This document shows, piece after piece, positions 27,214 to 36,277 of a stretch of 64,000 nucleotides of DNA (position 1 is the first letter of the stretch; every line of letters starts with the position of its first letter). The stretch comes from an uncultured Rhodospirillaceae bacterium (GTDB lineage Bacteria; Pseudomonadota; Alphaproteobacteria; Rhodospirillales; Casp-alpha2). The position numbers and the translations under genes were made by a program. The stretch lies in assembly GCA_964012715.1 (NCBI GenBank), contig CAXGUG010000003.1, positions 5,163 to 69,162 of the forward strand, in the 5' to 3' direction. The notes beneath the pieces were generated by a model. That model saw only the letters and a program-made list of their open reading frames with translations, made no database searches and had not been told where the DNA came from.

Positions 27214-28299
27214 TTATGCCGCGATCCGTTGGGTTTCTTGGGCCAGCGCGTCCAGCGCCGCGTCGTCGATCAACTGGGGCGCGCCCGGGGTCAGGATCAT
27301 GGCCCCGCCATCGACCCCGATCGGATCGACGAACAGTCCTTGGTGCGGCTTAAGGAATCCGTTCATTTCACCCGCGTTGTCGATATGCGTGCGGGCGATA
27401 CAGGCCTCCATCCAGCAACCCGGGTCGGCGGCGACGCCGTTGCCCAGCACCGGCTCCATCCCCAATTCGCGGATGTGCGTCAGCTGCGCGGCCAGATTGG
27501 CGAGCGATCCCGCCTTCATCAGTTTCAGTTTCACGAACCGCGCCGCGCCGCTTTCCGCCGCCCGTTCGATCTCCGCCGGGCCGTAGATGCTTTCGTCCAA
27601 CATCATCGCCACGGGTGAGATGTCGGACACGGCCTTTGCCGCGTCCCAGTCGTCCATGTGGCAGGGTTGTTCGAACAGTTCGATATGGTCCGGAGCCAGG
27701 CGCCGGGTAAACGCCAGGGCGTCGGCCTGGCTGTACCCCTGGTTGCCGTCGATGCGCAGTTTCAAGGGGGCGCCCGCCATCCGTTCGACCCGATCCTGGA
27801 TGAACTTCAGGCGCGTGGCGTCGGCTTCCCAATCGAAGCCGACCTTGACCTTGATCGTGCCGTATCCGGCCTGGCGGTGGCGCTCCAACTCCTCGGCGAT
27901 GCCTGCGTCATCCATGGCGTTGAGGATCGCCAGCAACGGCACGCGGGTTTCCTCGGTGATGGTCAGGAAGGAACTGCCCTCGGCCATCTCGATGGCGGTG
28001 ACCATGGCCGATACGGTGAAAGGCGCCGCTTTGTGGCGGGTCAGGGCGTGGTTCTTGGCGCTCTCGCTATCCAGGCCGCGCAGCGTATCGGCCAGGGATT
28101 GCGCTTCGGCCCAGGCCCCATCGACCGTTTCCGGGGTGTAACCGGTGAGGATCGTCGCTTCGCCGAAACCTTGCTCGCCCCCGTCGCCCGATACGGACAC
28201 CAGGATCGTGTCGAATGCCGTAACCGGGCCAAACGACAGCTTGTAGGGAACCTTCAAGGGAAGGGACAGGCGGCGCAGGGTGATCTGGGAAAGTTTCAT
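27214..28299 (-). CDS. enolase-superfamily enzyme, muconate-lactonizing/dipeptide-epimerase subgroup
   Basis: The KxK motif (IKVKVG), metal ligands in LRIDGNQG, LFEQP and MLDES, and the second Lys region VKLKLMKAG are present. Confidence 0.8.
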   Translation of the reverse strand: MKLSQITLRRLSLPLKVPYKLSFGPVTAFDTILVSVSGDGGEQGFGEATILTGYTPETVDGAWAEAQSLADTLRGLDSESAKNHALTRHKAAPFTVSAMVTAIEMAEGSSFLTITEETRVPLLAILNAMDDAGIAEELERHRQAGYGTIKVKVGFDWEADATRLKFIQDRVERMAGAPLKLRIDGNQGYSQADALAFTRRLAPDHIELFEQPCHMDDWDAAKAVSDISPVAMMLDESIYGPAEIERAAESGAARFVKLKLMKAGSLANLAAQLTHIRELGMEPVLGNGVAADPGCWMEACIARTHIDNAGEMNGFLKPHQGLFVDPIGVDGGAMILTPGAPQLIDDAALDALAQETQRIAA

Positions 28300-28516
28300 G
28301 ATTTTGGGCGGGTCCCGGCATTGGGTTGGTATATTCGCTTTATATCATAACGTGTTCGGCCCAGGTCGCCAGTTATCTTGCGGGTGATCGGGGCGGTATT
28401 CTGGTCGGCAATTTAGACCTGGGGATGCTTGGCCCTGGTTCTCCGGCGGGCCTGGTTTATAATGCCCTGGGGCTGGGTCGGAGAGGCCTTCACATCCACT
28501 GCGAGGACCGAAATCG

Positions 28517-29194
28517 ATGAGTGAACAGAACGACAAGAACACGACGGCGAAACCGGCCGCAGCCAAGGCGGCAGATAAGCCGGCCGATAAGCCTGCGGCG
28601 AAACCGGCCGATAAGGCGACCGACAAGCCCGCAGCCGAGGCAAAGGCCGCGCCGAAGGAAGCCAACAGCGCCGCGACCCTGTGGAAGCGCGTTGCCTTGG
28701 CCCTGTTCGTTGTTGCCGGTCTGGCTGCCGTCGCGGCGGTCGATTTCGCATCGGACGCTTCGAAATTGCGCGGTGACATGACGGCCCTGCGCGCCGAAGT
28801 CGCTGGCGAACGCGCGGCCTTGAAGGCCGAACAGGACAAGTTCATGAAGGAGTCGGCGGACATCGCCGATGCCGTGGCCAAGGCCAAGGAAGAACTGGCG
28901 GCGACCCAGTCGGAGATCGACAAGCGCCGGGCCGAGGTGCAGGAACTGGAAACCAAGCTGTCCGGCTTGTACACCGAGACCAAGGCGGCCTTGGAAGCGG
29001 CCTCTGAAGCGGCGCAGAAACAGGCCGATACCCAGGCGGCGCTGGATAAGCTGGTGGCGGAACGGGACAAGCTGACCGCCAAGATCAAGGCCGGTCAGGA
29101 AAACCTGGCGGCGTTGGAAAAAGACGCCGATTCCATGATGCAGGGCCTGAAGGAAACGATTTCTCGGATCAAGGGCGCGCTCGACAAGCTCTAG
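28517..29194 (+). CDS. membrane-anchored coiled-coil protein with an N-terminal Ala/Lys/Pro repeat
   Basis: An (A/D)KPA-type low-complexity N-terminus is followed by one TM segment (VALALFVVAGLAAVAAV) and about 150 aa with a heptad-like Ala/Glu/Lys pattern. Confidence 0.7.
   Translation: MSEQNDKNTTAKPAAAKAADKPADKPAAKPADKATDKPAAEAKAAPKEANSAATLWKRVALALFVVAGLAAVAAVDFASDASKLRGDMTALRAEVAGERAALKAEQDKFMKESADIADAVAKAKEELAATQSEIDKRRAEVQELETKLSGLYTETKAALEAASEAAQKQADTQAALDKLVAERDKLTAKIKAGQENLAALEKDADSMMQGLKETISRIKGALDKL
28571..28635 (+). repeat. imperfect short tandem repeats (GCCGATAAG-type units) encoding ADKP(A) repeats
   Basis: Read directly from the sequence. The repeats are in frame and coding. 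Confidence 0.7.
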
Positions 29195-29285
29195 GAACCG
29201 GATACCTCCTGCCTATATGCTGGGAATGTGAATAAAAGAACGGCCGTCGGCATCTGTCGGCGGCCGTGAAGCTTGGGGTTAGGAA

Positions 29286-31529
29286 ATGCCGCTTTCGACT
29301 TATCTGCCGGAGGAAATGGGTTCCGTTTCCGTTGCCCCCTTGGGCCCGGTCGAAGCCGGCAGCCTGCAGTCGTTCTTCATCATCTATACGGCGGGCAAGT
29401 TCGGGATCGACGATTCCGGCAGCCTGAAGATCGTGCATCGTTTCGCCTCGGACCTGGGGCGGTTGCAGATGGACGACCCGGAAGGCCCCAATTACGTCTC
29501 GGCCCAGGCCTCGAACGGTGCCGTCCTGCACCTGGAATACGATATCAAGCGGAACTTCCGCCCCTGGGACAAGACGCTCTATATCAAGGTCGTGCGCGGC
29601 TTCCTGTCCGAAGGCGACCGCATCGTCATCCGCATCGGCGACCGCCGGTTCGGCGGGCCCGGTGTGCGGATGCAGACGTTCCAGGAAAAGGAATTTCAAT
29701 TCCGCGTCCTGGTCGATGCCTTCGCCACCTATGACTACATTGAATTGCCGCGCCAGCCGTCGATCGAGATCGAACCCGGCCCGCCGACTTTGTACAAAGC
29801 CGTCCTGCCGACCCTGAAGCGTGTTGGCGAGACCTTTCGCCTGGGCCTCAAGGGCGAGGATATCTGGGGCAACCCGTCGACCAAATGCGAGGATACCTTC
29901 CGCGTGGTGGCGACCCGCCCGGTCGAAAACCTGCCTGATGAAATCTCGTTCTATCCCGGTCAGGCCTCGGTTCAGATCGACGGCCTGCGCGCCGAGGCCG
30001 AGGGCGATTTGCGGATCGACCTGATCGACTTGCATGGCAACGTCGCGGCCCGCTCGAACCCGTTGCGCATCGTGCCCCAGGGGGCGGGCGTGTCGTTCTG
30101 GGCGGACCTGCATGGCCAGTCCCAGGAAACCATCGGCACCAACAACGCGCGATCCTATTTCGCCTTTGCCCGCGACCGGGCGTTCCTGGACGCGACCGTT
30201 CATCAAGGCAACGATTTCCAGATCACGTCCGAATTCTGGGCCGAGCTGAACATGCTGTCGCGCGAGTTTACCCAGGACAACCGCTTCATCGTCATTCCCG
30301 GCTACGAATGGTCGGGCAATACCTGCCTGGGCGGCGACCGCAACGTGCTCTATTCCGAGGAAGGGCGACCGATCTATCGCTCGTCCCACGCCCTGGTCGA
30401 AGATCAATCGGACATGGTGCAGGACGCCAATAGCGTCGAGGAACTGTTCGACAAGCTGTCAGACGAGGACTGTGTCGTGTTCGCCCATGTCGGCGGGCGT
30501 TATGCGGATATCCGACGGGGGCATGACCGCGCGATCGAACGCTCGGTCGAGGTCCATTCCGCCTGGGGCACCTTTGAGTGGTTGGTCGAGGATGCCTTCG
30601 AAATGGGCTATCGCACGGGCATTCTGGCGACCTCGGACGGGCATAAGGGGCGGCCCGGGGCGAGCCATCCGGGGGCGACCCGGTTCGGGGCCTATGGCGG
30701 GCTGACCTGTCTGTTCGGCGAGGCGCTGACCCGCCAGGACCTGATGAAAGCCCTGCGCCGCCGACACCATTATTGCACCACCGGCTGCCGCGCCGTGCTG
30801 TCGACCAAGGTGACCCTGGACGCCCCGGCGGAACGGTATGACGACGACCCGGCCCTGGGCGGGCCCGCCGACGAAATGGTCACCCAAGCCGTGATGGGCG
30901 ACATTCTGCGCACCGACGCCGCCGAGGCGACGTTCGAGATCGACCTGCATGCCGGGGCGGCCATTGACCGGATCGAAATCCGCGACGGCCTGCGCTTGTT
31001 GGAAACCTGGCGTCCGTCGGAAAAAGAAGACATGGGGCGGCGCGTCCGGATCGTCTGGGAAGGTTCCGAATACCGGGGCCGGGGGCGCGAAACCATCTGG
31101 GACGGCTTCGCGGAACTGTCGGGCAATGCCTTTACCCGAGTCGAGCCGATCAATTGGTACAACGTCGAAAAGAAGCTCGATCTGGTCACGCCGCAGCGGG
31201 TCGAATGGTCGTCGCTGACCACCGGCGGCTTCATCGGGTTTGATGCCTGGTTGGACGACATGGTCATGGGCTGGCTGCGGATCGACACGCCCTTGGTCAA
31301 AAAAACGGTCGCCGTGCAGGACATCGGCCGCGAGGATATCTGCCTGGAAGCGGGTGGTCTGGGGCGCCGGGTGCGCATTTACCGCCTGCCGGAAAGCAAC
31401 CCGCACACGCGGCTCAAGCTGGAACGCCGCATCCCCCTGAGCCCTGATCGCGACAATGCCCTGTACGTTCGGATTACCCTGGAAGACGGCCAAGTCATCT
31501 GGTCGTCGCCGATCTATCTGGTGCCGTGA
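29286..31529 (+). CDS. large PHP/DUF3604-like metal-dependent hydrolase-fold protein (function unknown)
   Basis: 747 aa. The central region ADLHGQSQET..., IPGYEWSG, VFAHVGG, VHSAWG and ATSDGHKG resembles the His/Asp metal-ligand series of PHP/DUF3604 proteins. The assignment is from memory only. Confidence 0.6.
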   Translation: MPLSTYLPEEMGSVSVAPLGPVEAGSLQSFFIIYTAGKFGIDDSGSLKIVHRFASDLGRLQMDDPEGPNYVSAQASNGAVLHLEYDIKRNFRPWDKTLYIKVVRGFLSEGDRIVIRIGDRRFGGPGVRMQTFQEKEFQFRVLVDAFATYDYIELPRQPSIEIEPGPPTLYKAVLPTLKRVGETFRLGLKGEDIWGNPSTKCEDTFRVVATRPVENLPDEISFYPGQASVQIDGLRAEAEGDLRIDLIDLHGNVAARSNPLRIVPQGAGVSFWADLHGQSQETIGTNNARSYFAFARDRAFLDATVHQGNDFQITSEFWAELNMLSREFTQDNRFIVIPGYEWSGNTCLGGDRNVLYSEEGRPIYRSSHALVEDQSDMVQDANSVEELFDKLSDEDCVVFAHVGGRYADIRRGHDRAIERSVEVHSAWGTFEWLVEDAFEMGYRTGILATSDGHKGRPGASHPGATRFGAYGGLTCLFGEALTRQDLMKALRRRHHYCTTGCRAVLSTKVTLDAPAERYDDDPALGGPADEMVTQAVMGDILRTDAAEATFEIDLHAGAAIDRIEIRDGLRLLETWRPSEKEDMGRRVRIVWEGSEYRGRGRETIWDGFAELSGNAFTRVEPINWYNVEKKLDLVTPQRVEWSSLTTGGFIGFDAWLDDMVMGWLRIDTPLVKKTVAVQDIGREDICLEAGGLGRRVRIYRLPESNPHTRLKLERRIPLSPDRDNALYVRITLEDGQVIWSSPIYLVP

Positions 31530-32404
31530 TGGTCGGGATGCGCGGCGTCGATCATGCCGTTCTGGCGGCCCGCGATCTGACGGCGCTAGCGGCGTTTTAC
31601 GAGCGCTTGGGCTTTACCGTCACGCCGCAGGCCCAACACCCGTTCGGCACCGGCAACCGATTGGTTCAGGTTCAGGGATCGTTCCTGGAACTGCTGTCCG
31701 TGACCCAACCGCAAGACGTGCCGGAAGCCGCCGAGGGAGATTTCTCCTTCGGCGCGTTCAATCGCGATTTCCTGGCTGGTGACGAAGGTATGTCGATGCT
31801 GGCCCTGACCTCGGACGGCTGGGAGCAGGACCGCACCCGGTTCGAGGCCGATGGGCTAACGGTGTTCGCCCCCTTCGCCTTCGGGCGCAGTGCGCGTCAA
31901 CCGGACGGGACCGAGGTTAAATTCGATTTCCGCCTGACCTTCGTCGATGCGCCGAGCATGCCGCGGGCATCGTTCTTTACCTGCAATCATTGCCACCCGG
32001 CCGAGATTTTTTGGAAACCGGCGTATCAGACCCATGCCAATGGCGCGCAGCGCCTGGCCGAGATCACATTGGTGTCGGAAAGCCCTGAAGCTCATTGGGA
32101 ATTCCTGTCCCGGATGTTCGGCGCGGTGGTGCCGGTCAACGGGGGAATCTGCGTCGGCCTGATCGGAGCGGGGCTGTGCATCTTGGAGCCCGAAGCCTTC
32201 GCCGAGACCTTCCCGGGCGCGCGTCCGCCGGAACTGGTCGGGGAAGAAGCGCGCTTCGCCGCTGTTCGGTTGCTGGTTTCGGATCTGGCCGAGGCCGAAG
32301 CCCTGTGGCGCGACCGCGAAGTGCCGTTCCGGCGCGCCGGGCGGCGCATCTATGTCCCGGGCGACCACGCCTTCGGCGCCCTGATCTGCCTGTCCGACGG
32401 TTAA
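31529..32404 (+). CDS. VOC (glyoxalase/bleomycin-resistance/dioxygenase) family protein
   Basis: GVDHAVLAARDLTALAAFYERLGFTV is a VOC-type beta-alpha-beta-beta-beta start. The ATG at 31529 overlaps the upstream TGA (TGATG), and a GTG at 31526 is also possible. Confidence 0.75.
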   Translation: MVGMRGVDHAVLAARDLTALAAFYERLGFTVTPQAQHPFGTGNRLVQVQGSFLELLSVTQPQDVPEAAEGDFSFGAFNRDFLAGDEGMSMLALTSDGWEQDRTRFEADGLTVFAPFAFGRSARQPDGTEVKFDFRLTFVDAPSMPRASFFTCNHCHPAEIFWKPAYQTHANGAQRLAEITLVSESPEAHWEFLSRMFGAVVPVNGGICVGLIGAGLCILEPEAFAETFPGARPPELVGEEARFAAVRLLVSDLAEAEALWRDREVPFRRAGRRIYVPGDHAFGALICLSDG

Positions 32405-32445
32405 GCAAGTCCCGCTGAATCGGGTCCGGGCAGTCATTTCTTATA

Positions 32446-32463
32446 CCTATATAGCTATATAGG
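32446..32463. promoter_or_regulatory. perfect 18-bp palindrome CCTATATAGCTATATAGG, a candidate GntR operator
   Basis: Read directly from the sequence. It lies about 80 bp upstream of the GntR/HutC-type regulator start and of the downstream SDH/FRD-like operon. Confidence 0.5.
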
Positions 32464-32541
32464 ACTTGCGAAATCTAATGTATCAGGCGTAGCATTTCCG
32501 CAAAGGGCCGAACCAAACAGGCTCAACGAGGAAATACATTC

Positions 32542-33309
32542 ATGGTGGTCTCCGCCCTGGCAACGGTGCTTGAGGACGGTCCCGAGGGGGACTCCCCGCG
32601 CCTGCCGAAATATTTGCAACTGTCCGACGCCATCGCGCGCGCCATCGTGCGTGGGGAATTGCAGTGCGGCGAGAAACTGCCGCCGGAAAGCGAACTGGCG
32701 CGCATTCTTCCGGCCAGCCTCGGCACCATCCAGCGCGCCTTGAACAATCTGGCCGACCGGGGCCTGCTGATCCGTCGCCACGGGCACGGCACCTTCGTGG
32801 CCGAGCCGTCGATGGCGCCGCAGGACCTGTGGCATTTTCGTTTCCTGGCCGCCGACGGGCGCTCGCTGCTGCCGGTCTATACCCAGGTCGGGGCGATTGA
32901 AAAGGGCCGCAAGGCGGGGGTGTGGAGCGACTTCCTGGGCACCCGCGACGTCATCAAGGTCACGCGCCGGATCGATATCGATCACACCCATATGGGGATC
33001 AGCGAGTTGTACTTGCCCCAGGCACGGGCGCCGGGTCTGTTGGACCTGCGCCCCAAGGCGCTGGAAAACGTCAACATCCGCGCCTTGATGGCGCAGCGCT
33101 TCGGAATCGTTACCGAACGGGTGCGCGAACTGGTCGATTGCCAGCCGCTGCCGCCGATGGTGACCGAAGCCCTGGGCCAGTCGCGCGGGGCCGTGGGCCT
33201 GGCCTATCACATGGAAGGGTTCGAGCCCCGCGACCGCCCGATCAGCTACCAGGTCGCCTGGTTCCCGCCCGGCGGGCCGCGCCTGGTTCTTGGCGAAAAG
33301 CACGAATAG
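32542..33309 (+). CDS. GntR family transcriptional regulator (HutC/UTRA subfamily)
   Basis: LPKYLQLSDAIARAIVRGELQCGEKLPPESELARILPASLGTIQRALNNLADRGLLIRRHGHGTFV is the GntR wHTH region. The C-terminal half is UTRA-like. Confidence 0.85.
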   Translation: MVVSALATVLEDGPEGDSPRLPKYLQLSDAIARAIVRGELQCGEKLPPESELARILPASLGTIQRALNNLADRGLLIRRHGHGTFVAEPSMAPQDLWHFRFLAADGRSLLPVYTQVGAIEKGRKAGVWSDFLGTRDVIKVTRRIDIDHTHMGISELYLPQARAPGLLDLRPKALENVNIRALMAQRFGIVTERVRELVDCQPLPPMVTEALGQSRGAVGLAYHMEGFEPRDRPISYQVAWFPPGGPRLVLGEKHE

Positions 33310-33332
33310 GACATCCACCGAACGGAACGAAT

Positions 33333-34052
33333 ATGAGCAACGACACCCTTACCGTCGAAATTTGGCGCGGACAGGAAGAAGGCCGCTTCGATACCTTCCA
33401 GGTTCCGCGCATGGCCAGCCAGACCGTGCTGGACATCGTCACCTATGTTCAACGCAACCTGGACCCGGGTTTGTCTTATCGCTTCGCCTGTCGCGTCGGG
33501 GTTTGCGGGTCCTGCGCCATGACCGTCAACGGCAAGCCGCGCTGGACCTGCCGCACCCATGTCGACAAGGTCGCCGATGAAGGGGTGCTGCGTATCCAGC
33601 CGCTCAAGAACCTGCCGGTGATCCGCGACCTGGCCGTGGACATGACAGACTTTTTCGAGAAATGGACCAAGGCCAAGGCCCATTTCGTGCCGACCGAAAC
33701 GCGTCACGACGAATTCGCCCAGGTCTCGCCCGACGACGCCAAGCGCAAGGAAGCCAGCGCCGGGATCGAATGCATCAACTGCGGCGTCTGCTATTCGGCC
33801 TGCGACACGGTGGCTTGGCTTGGCGACTATCTGGGCCCGGCGGCGCTCAACCGGTCCTGGACCCTGGTCAATGACGCCCGCGACGGCGGACAGACCGAAC
33901 GGTTGAAGGCCGTGGCCGGGGTCGGCGGGTGCCAATCCTGCCATTCGCATCAAAGCTGTTTCGAGCTTTGTCCCAAGCACCTGAACCCGACCGCGTCGAT
34001 CGCCGGGTTGAAGCGCGCGACGGTGAAGGCCGCGTTGAAGGGGGATATCTGA
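33333..34052 (+). CDS. succinate dehydrogenase/fumarate reductase iron-sulfur subunit-like
   Basis: The ATG at 33333 begins MSNDTLTVEIWRG. The 2Fe-2S motif is CRVGVCGSCAMTVNG..C, and the cubane motifs are CINCGVCYSAC and CQSCHSHQSCFELCP. Confidence 0.85.
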   Translation: MSNDTLTVEIWRGQEEGRFDTFQVPRMASQTVLDIVTYVQRNLDPGLSYRFACRVGVCGSCAMTVNGKPRWTCRTHVDKVADEGVLRIQPLKNLPVIRDLAVDMTDFFEKWTKAKAHFVPTETRHDEFAQVSPDDAKRKEASAGIECINCGVCYSACDTVAWLGDYLGPAALNRSWTLVNDARDGGQTERLKAVAGVGGCQSCHSHQSCFELCPKHLNPTASIAGLKRATVKAALKGDI

Positions 34053-34054
34053 TC

Positions 34055-34405
34055 ATGACCCCACAACGCGCCGAAACCCTGGAATGGCTGGTTCAGCGGG
34101 CCAGCGCCGCCGTGCTGGCGATTTGCGTGATCGTTCATCTGGCCGTGATCGTCCTGGCCGTGCAGGGCGGAGTGACGGCCAAGGAAATCGCCGGCCGCGT
34201 CGGCGGCAGCATCCCCTGGCTGATGTTCTATTCGGTCTTCATCATCGCGGTCGCCCTGCATGCCCCGGCGGGCCTGCGCAATATCCTGCGCGAATACACG
34301 CCGCTGGGCCGCCGCGCGACCCATTGGGTGATGGCCGCGGTTTGCGCGCTGATCCTGGTCATGGGGTTCCGCGCCGTGATCGGCCTCTATGGATTGGGGG
34401 CCTGA
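34055..34405 (+). CDS. SDH/FRD-like small hydrophobic membrane-anchor subunit
   Basis: 116 aa with three hydrophobic helices and conserved His residues (VIVHLAV, VALHAPAG). It starts 2 nt after the Fe-S gene. Confidence 0.7.
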   Translation: MTPQRAETLEWLVQRASAAVLAICVIVHLAVIVLAVQGGVTAKEIAGRVGGSIPWLMFYSVFIIAVALHAPAGLRNILREYTPLGRRATHWVMAAVCALILVMGFRAVIGLYGLGA

Positions 34406-34409
34406 GATC

Positions 34410-34748
34410 ATGAAGACGCATCGCAACCACGCCAATTATTGGGCCTTCGTCCTGCATCGCCTGTCGGGCGTCGCCCTGCTGTTGTTCCTGCCCGCGCATT
34501 TCTATGTGCTGGGTCTGGCGGTCGAGCGCTCGGCGGATATGGACGCCTTCCTGTCCTGGACCGAGGCCCCGGTGGTCAAGCTGTTGGAAACGGGGCTGGT
34601 GATCCTGCTTGCCGCGCATATGACCGGCGGCCTGCGCATCCTGGCCATCGAATTCCTGGCTTGGCGGGACTGGCAGAAATCGGTGGTCGCCGTGACCGGC
34701 GGCCTGTCCGTGGCGGCGGGGCTGTTGTTCCTGCTGAACGCGGGCTGA
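34410..34748 (+). CDS. SDH/FRD-like cytochrome b-type membrane-anchor subunit
   Basis: 112 aa. YWAFVLHRLSGVALLLFLPAHF is typical of the SdhC/FrdC family. The protein has three helices. Confidence 0.7.
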   Translation: MKTHRNHANYWAFVLHRLSGVALLLFLPAHFYVLGLAVERSADMDAFLSWTEAPVVKLLETGLVILLAAHMTGGLRILAIEFLAWRDWQKSVVAVTGGLSVAAGLLFLLNAG

Positions 34749-34772
34749 GACACGTTTGAGGGAGAAGAAACG

Positions 34773-35648
34773 ATGAAGCTCGATCTTCAAGCCGTCGAGG
34801 AAGCGGCCAAGCATCTATATATCCAGGCGCTGAAGGTCCTGCCGCCGGATATCAAGGAAGGCTTCAAGCGCCTGGACGCGACGGAAACCGACCCGACCGC
34901 CAAGTCGATCCTGGCGACGATGATCCAAAACATCGACGTCGCGGAAGATACGACCAACCTGCTGTGCCAGGACACGGGCATTCCGATCTACAATGTCGAG
35001 ATCGGCAGCAACGTCGAATTCGACGGCCACGCCATGAAGCAGGCGATCCGCAAGGGCTGCGAGCGGGCGACCACGGAACACCCCCTGCGCTCGTCGGTCG
35101 TCCATCCGATCACCCGTATCAACGAGCAGACGTCCTGCGGCATCCGCGTGCCGGTCATCAACATCGACTTCACCGACAAAGACGAAGTGTTCGAGATGGA
35201 AATGATCCCCAAGGGATCGGGCTCGGAGAACGGCAGCTTTTTGAAGATGTGCATCCCCGCCGACGGTGTGGCCGGGATCAAGACCTTCGTCATCGACAAG
35301 GTGATGGAAGCAGGGGGCAAGGTCTGCCCGCCGACCATCGTCGGCGTCGGCGTTGGCGGGACTTCGGACCTATGCACCAAGCTGGCCAAGAAAGCCGGGG
35401 CGCGGCCCCTGGGCAGCACCTGCCCCGATCCCGAGGGGGCCAAGCTGGAAAAGGAACTGAGCGACGCGGTCAATATGCTGGGTATCGGGCCGCAGGGCCT
35501 GGGCGGGGACTCAACCGCCTTCGCCGTGCATGTCGAGACGGCGGCGACCCACATCACCATGAACCCGGTCGCGGTCAACATCATGTGCCATTCGGCCCGC
35601 CGCGCGCGGGCGACCTTCACGCCCAAGGGCGTCGAGATCGGTTTCTGA
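34773..35648 (+). CDS. class I (Fe-S) hydro-lyase alpha subunit (fumarate hydratase / L(+)-tartrate dehydratase TtdA-like)
   Basis: 291 aa. LLCQDTGIPIYNVEIG, PKGSGSENGS and VGVGVGGTSD are characteristic of the family. Confidence 0.85.
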   Translation: MKLDLQAVEEAAKHLYIQALKVLPPDIKEGFKRLDATETDPTAKSILATMIQNIDVAEDTTNLLCQDTGIPIYNVEIGSNVEFDGHAMKQAIRKGCERATTEHPLRSSVVHPITRINEQTSCGIRVPVINIDFTDKDEVFEMEMIPKGSGSENGSFLKMCIPADGVAGIKTFVIDKVMEAGGKVCPPTIVGVGVGGTSDLCTKLAKKAGARPLGSTCPDPEGAKLEKELSDAVNMLGIGPQGLGGDSTAFAVHVETAATHITMNPVAVNIMCHSARRARATFTPKGVEIGF

Positions 35649-35665
35649 GGAAGGGAGCGAAGACC

Positions 35666-36277
35666 ATGACCGAACACGTCATCCACATGCCCTGCACCGA
35701 GGAACAGATCCGCGAACTGAAGGCGGGCGATACGGTGATCTTGGAAGATTGGCTGTACGGCATCCGCGATGCGACGCAGATTCATATGTTCGACAAGGGC
35801 CGCAAGACGCGGTTCGATTTGAACGGCCATGCGGTGATCCATACCGCGCCCAACGTGAAGAAGGTGCCGAAGTCGAACTTCTGTCCGGCGGGGTACGAGT
35901 CCGTCTGTATCGGGACCACGACCAGTCAGCGGATGGAGCGGTTCTCCCGCCCGCTGATGCAGGAATACGGCGTGCGCATGATCATCGGCAAGGGCGGCCT
36001 GGGCGAAGAGAGTCGTAAGGCATTCCAGGAATTCGGCGGCGTATACCTGGCGATCATCGGCGGCACGGCGGCGCTGGAGACGACCTGGATCGAACAGATC
36101 ACGGATGTCGATCTGGAAGACCTGAACCCCGAATGCCTATGGGAATTCAAGATCAAGCATTTCGGCCCGTTGCTGGTGGCCATGGATGCCCATGGCGGAT
36201 CGCTCTACGACGGGGTCAAGAAAACGGCAGAAGAACGCCGCGCCGAAGCGCTGGCCAGTATGGGGGTTAATCCGTGA
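35666..36277 (+). CDS. class I hydro-lyase beta subunit (fumarate hydratase C-terminal domain / TtdB-like)
   Basis: 203 aa. YGIRDATQIHMF, IIGKGGLGEES and YLAIIGGTAAL are characteristic. The stop overlaps the next start (GTGA). Confidence 0.85.
   Translation: MTEHVIHMPCTEEQIRELKAGDTVILEDWLYGIRDATQIHMFDKGRKTRFDLNGHAVIHTAPNVKKVPKSNFCPAGYESVCIGTTTSQRMERFSRPLMQEYGVRMIIGKGGLGEESRKAFQEFGGVYLAIIGGTAALETTWIEQITDVDLEDLNPECLWEFKIKHFGPLLVAMDAHGGSLYDGVKKTAEERRAEALASMGVNP

Noticed and set aside
28571-28635. Short tandem repeats here and at 39583-39645, 8872-8892 and 9448-9471, considered as CRISPR-like or non-coding satellite arrays.
   Set aside because: All are in frame inside well-supported ORFs and encode low-complexity peptide repeats. 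No spacer/repeat architecture or cas genes are present.
32922-33332. N-terminal 137-codon extension of the Fe-S subunit ORF, overlapping the GntR gene.
   Set aside because: The extension is Arg/Pro-rich and overlaps the well-supported GntR coding frame. The internal ATG at 33333 gives a normal Fe-S subunit N-terminus.
34964-35665. A long ORF (34964-36277) suggesting a 437-aa fused hydro-lyase.
   Set aside because: Its first 234 codons are an alternative frame of the alpha-subunit gene and are Arg/Gly/Pro-rich. Only the part from the ATG at 35666 matches the beta subunit.
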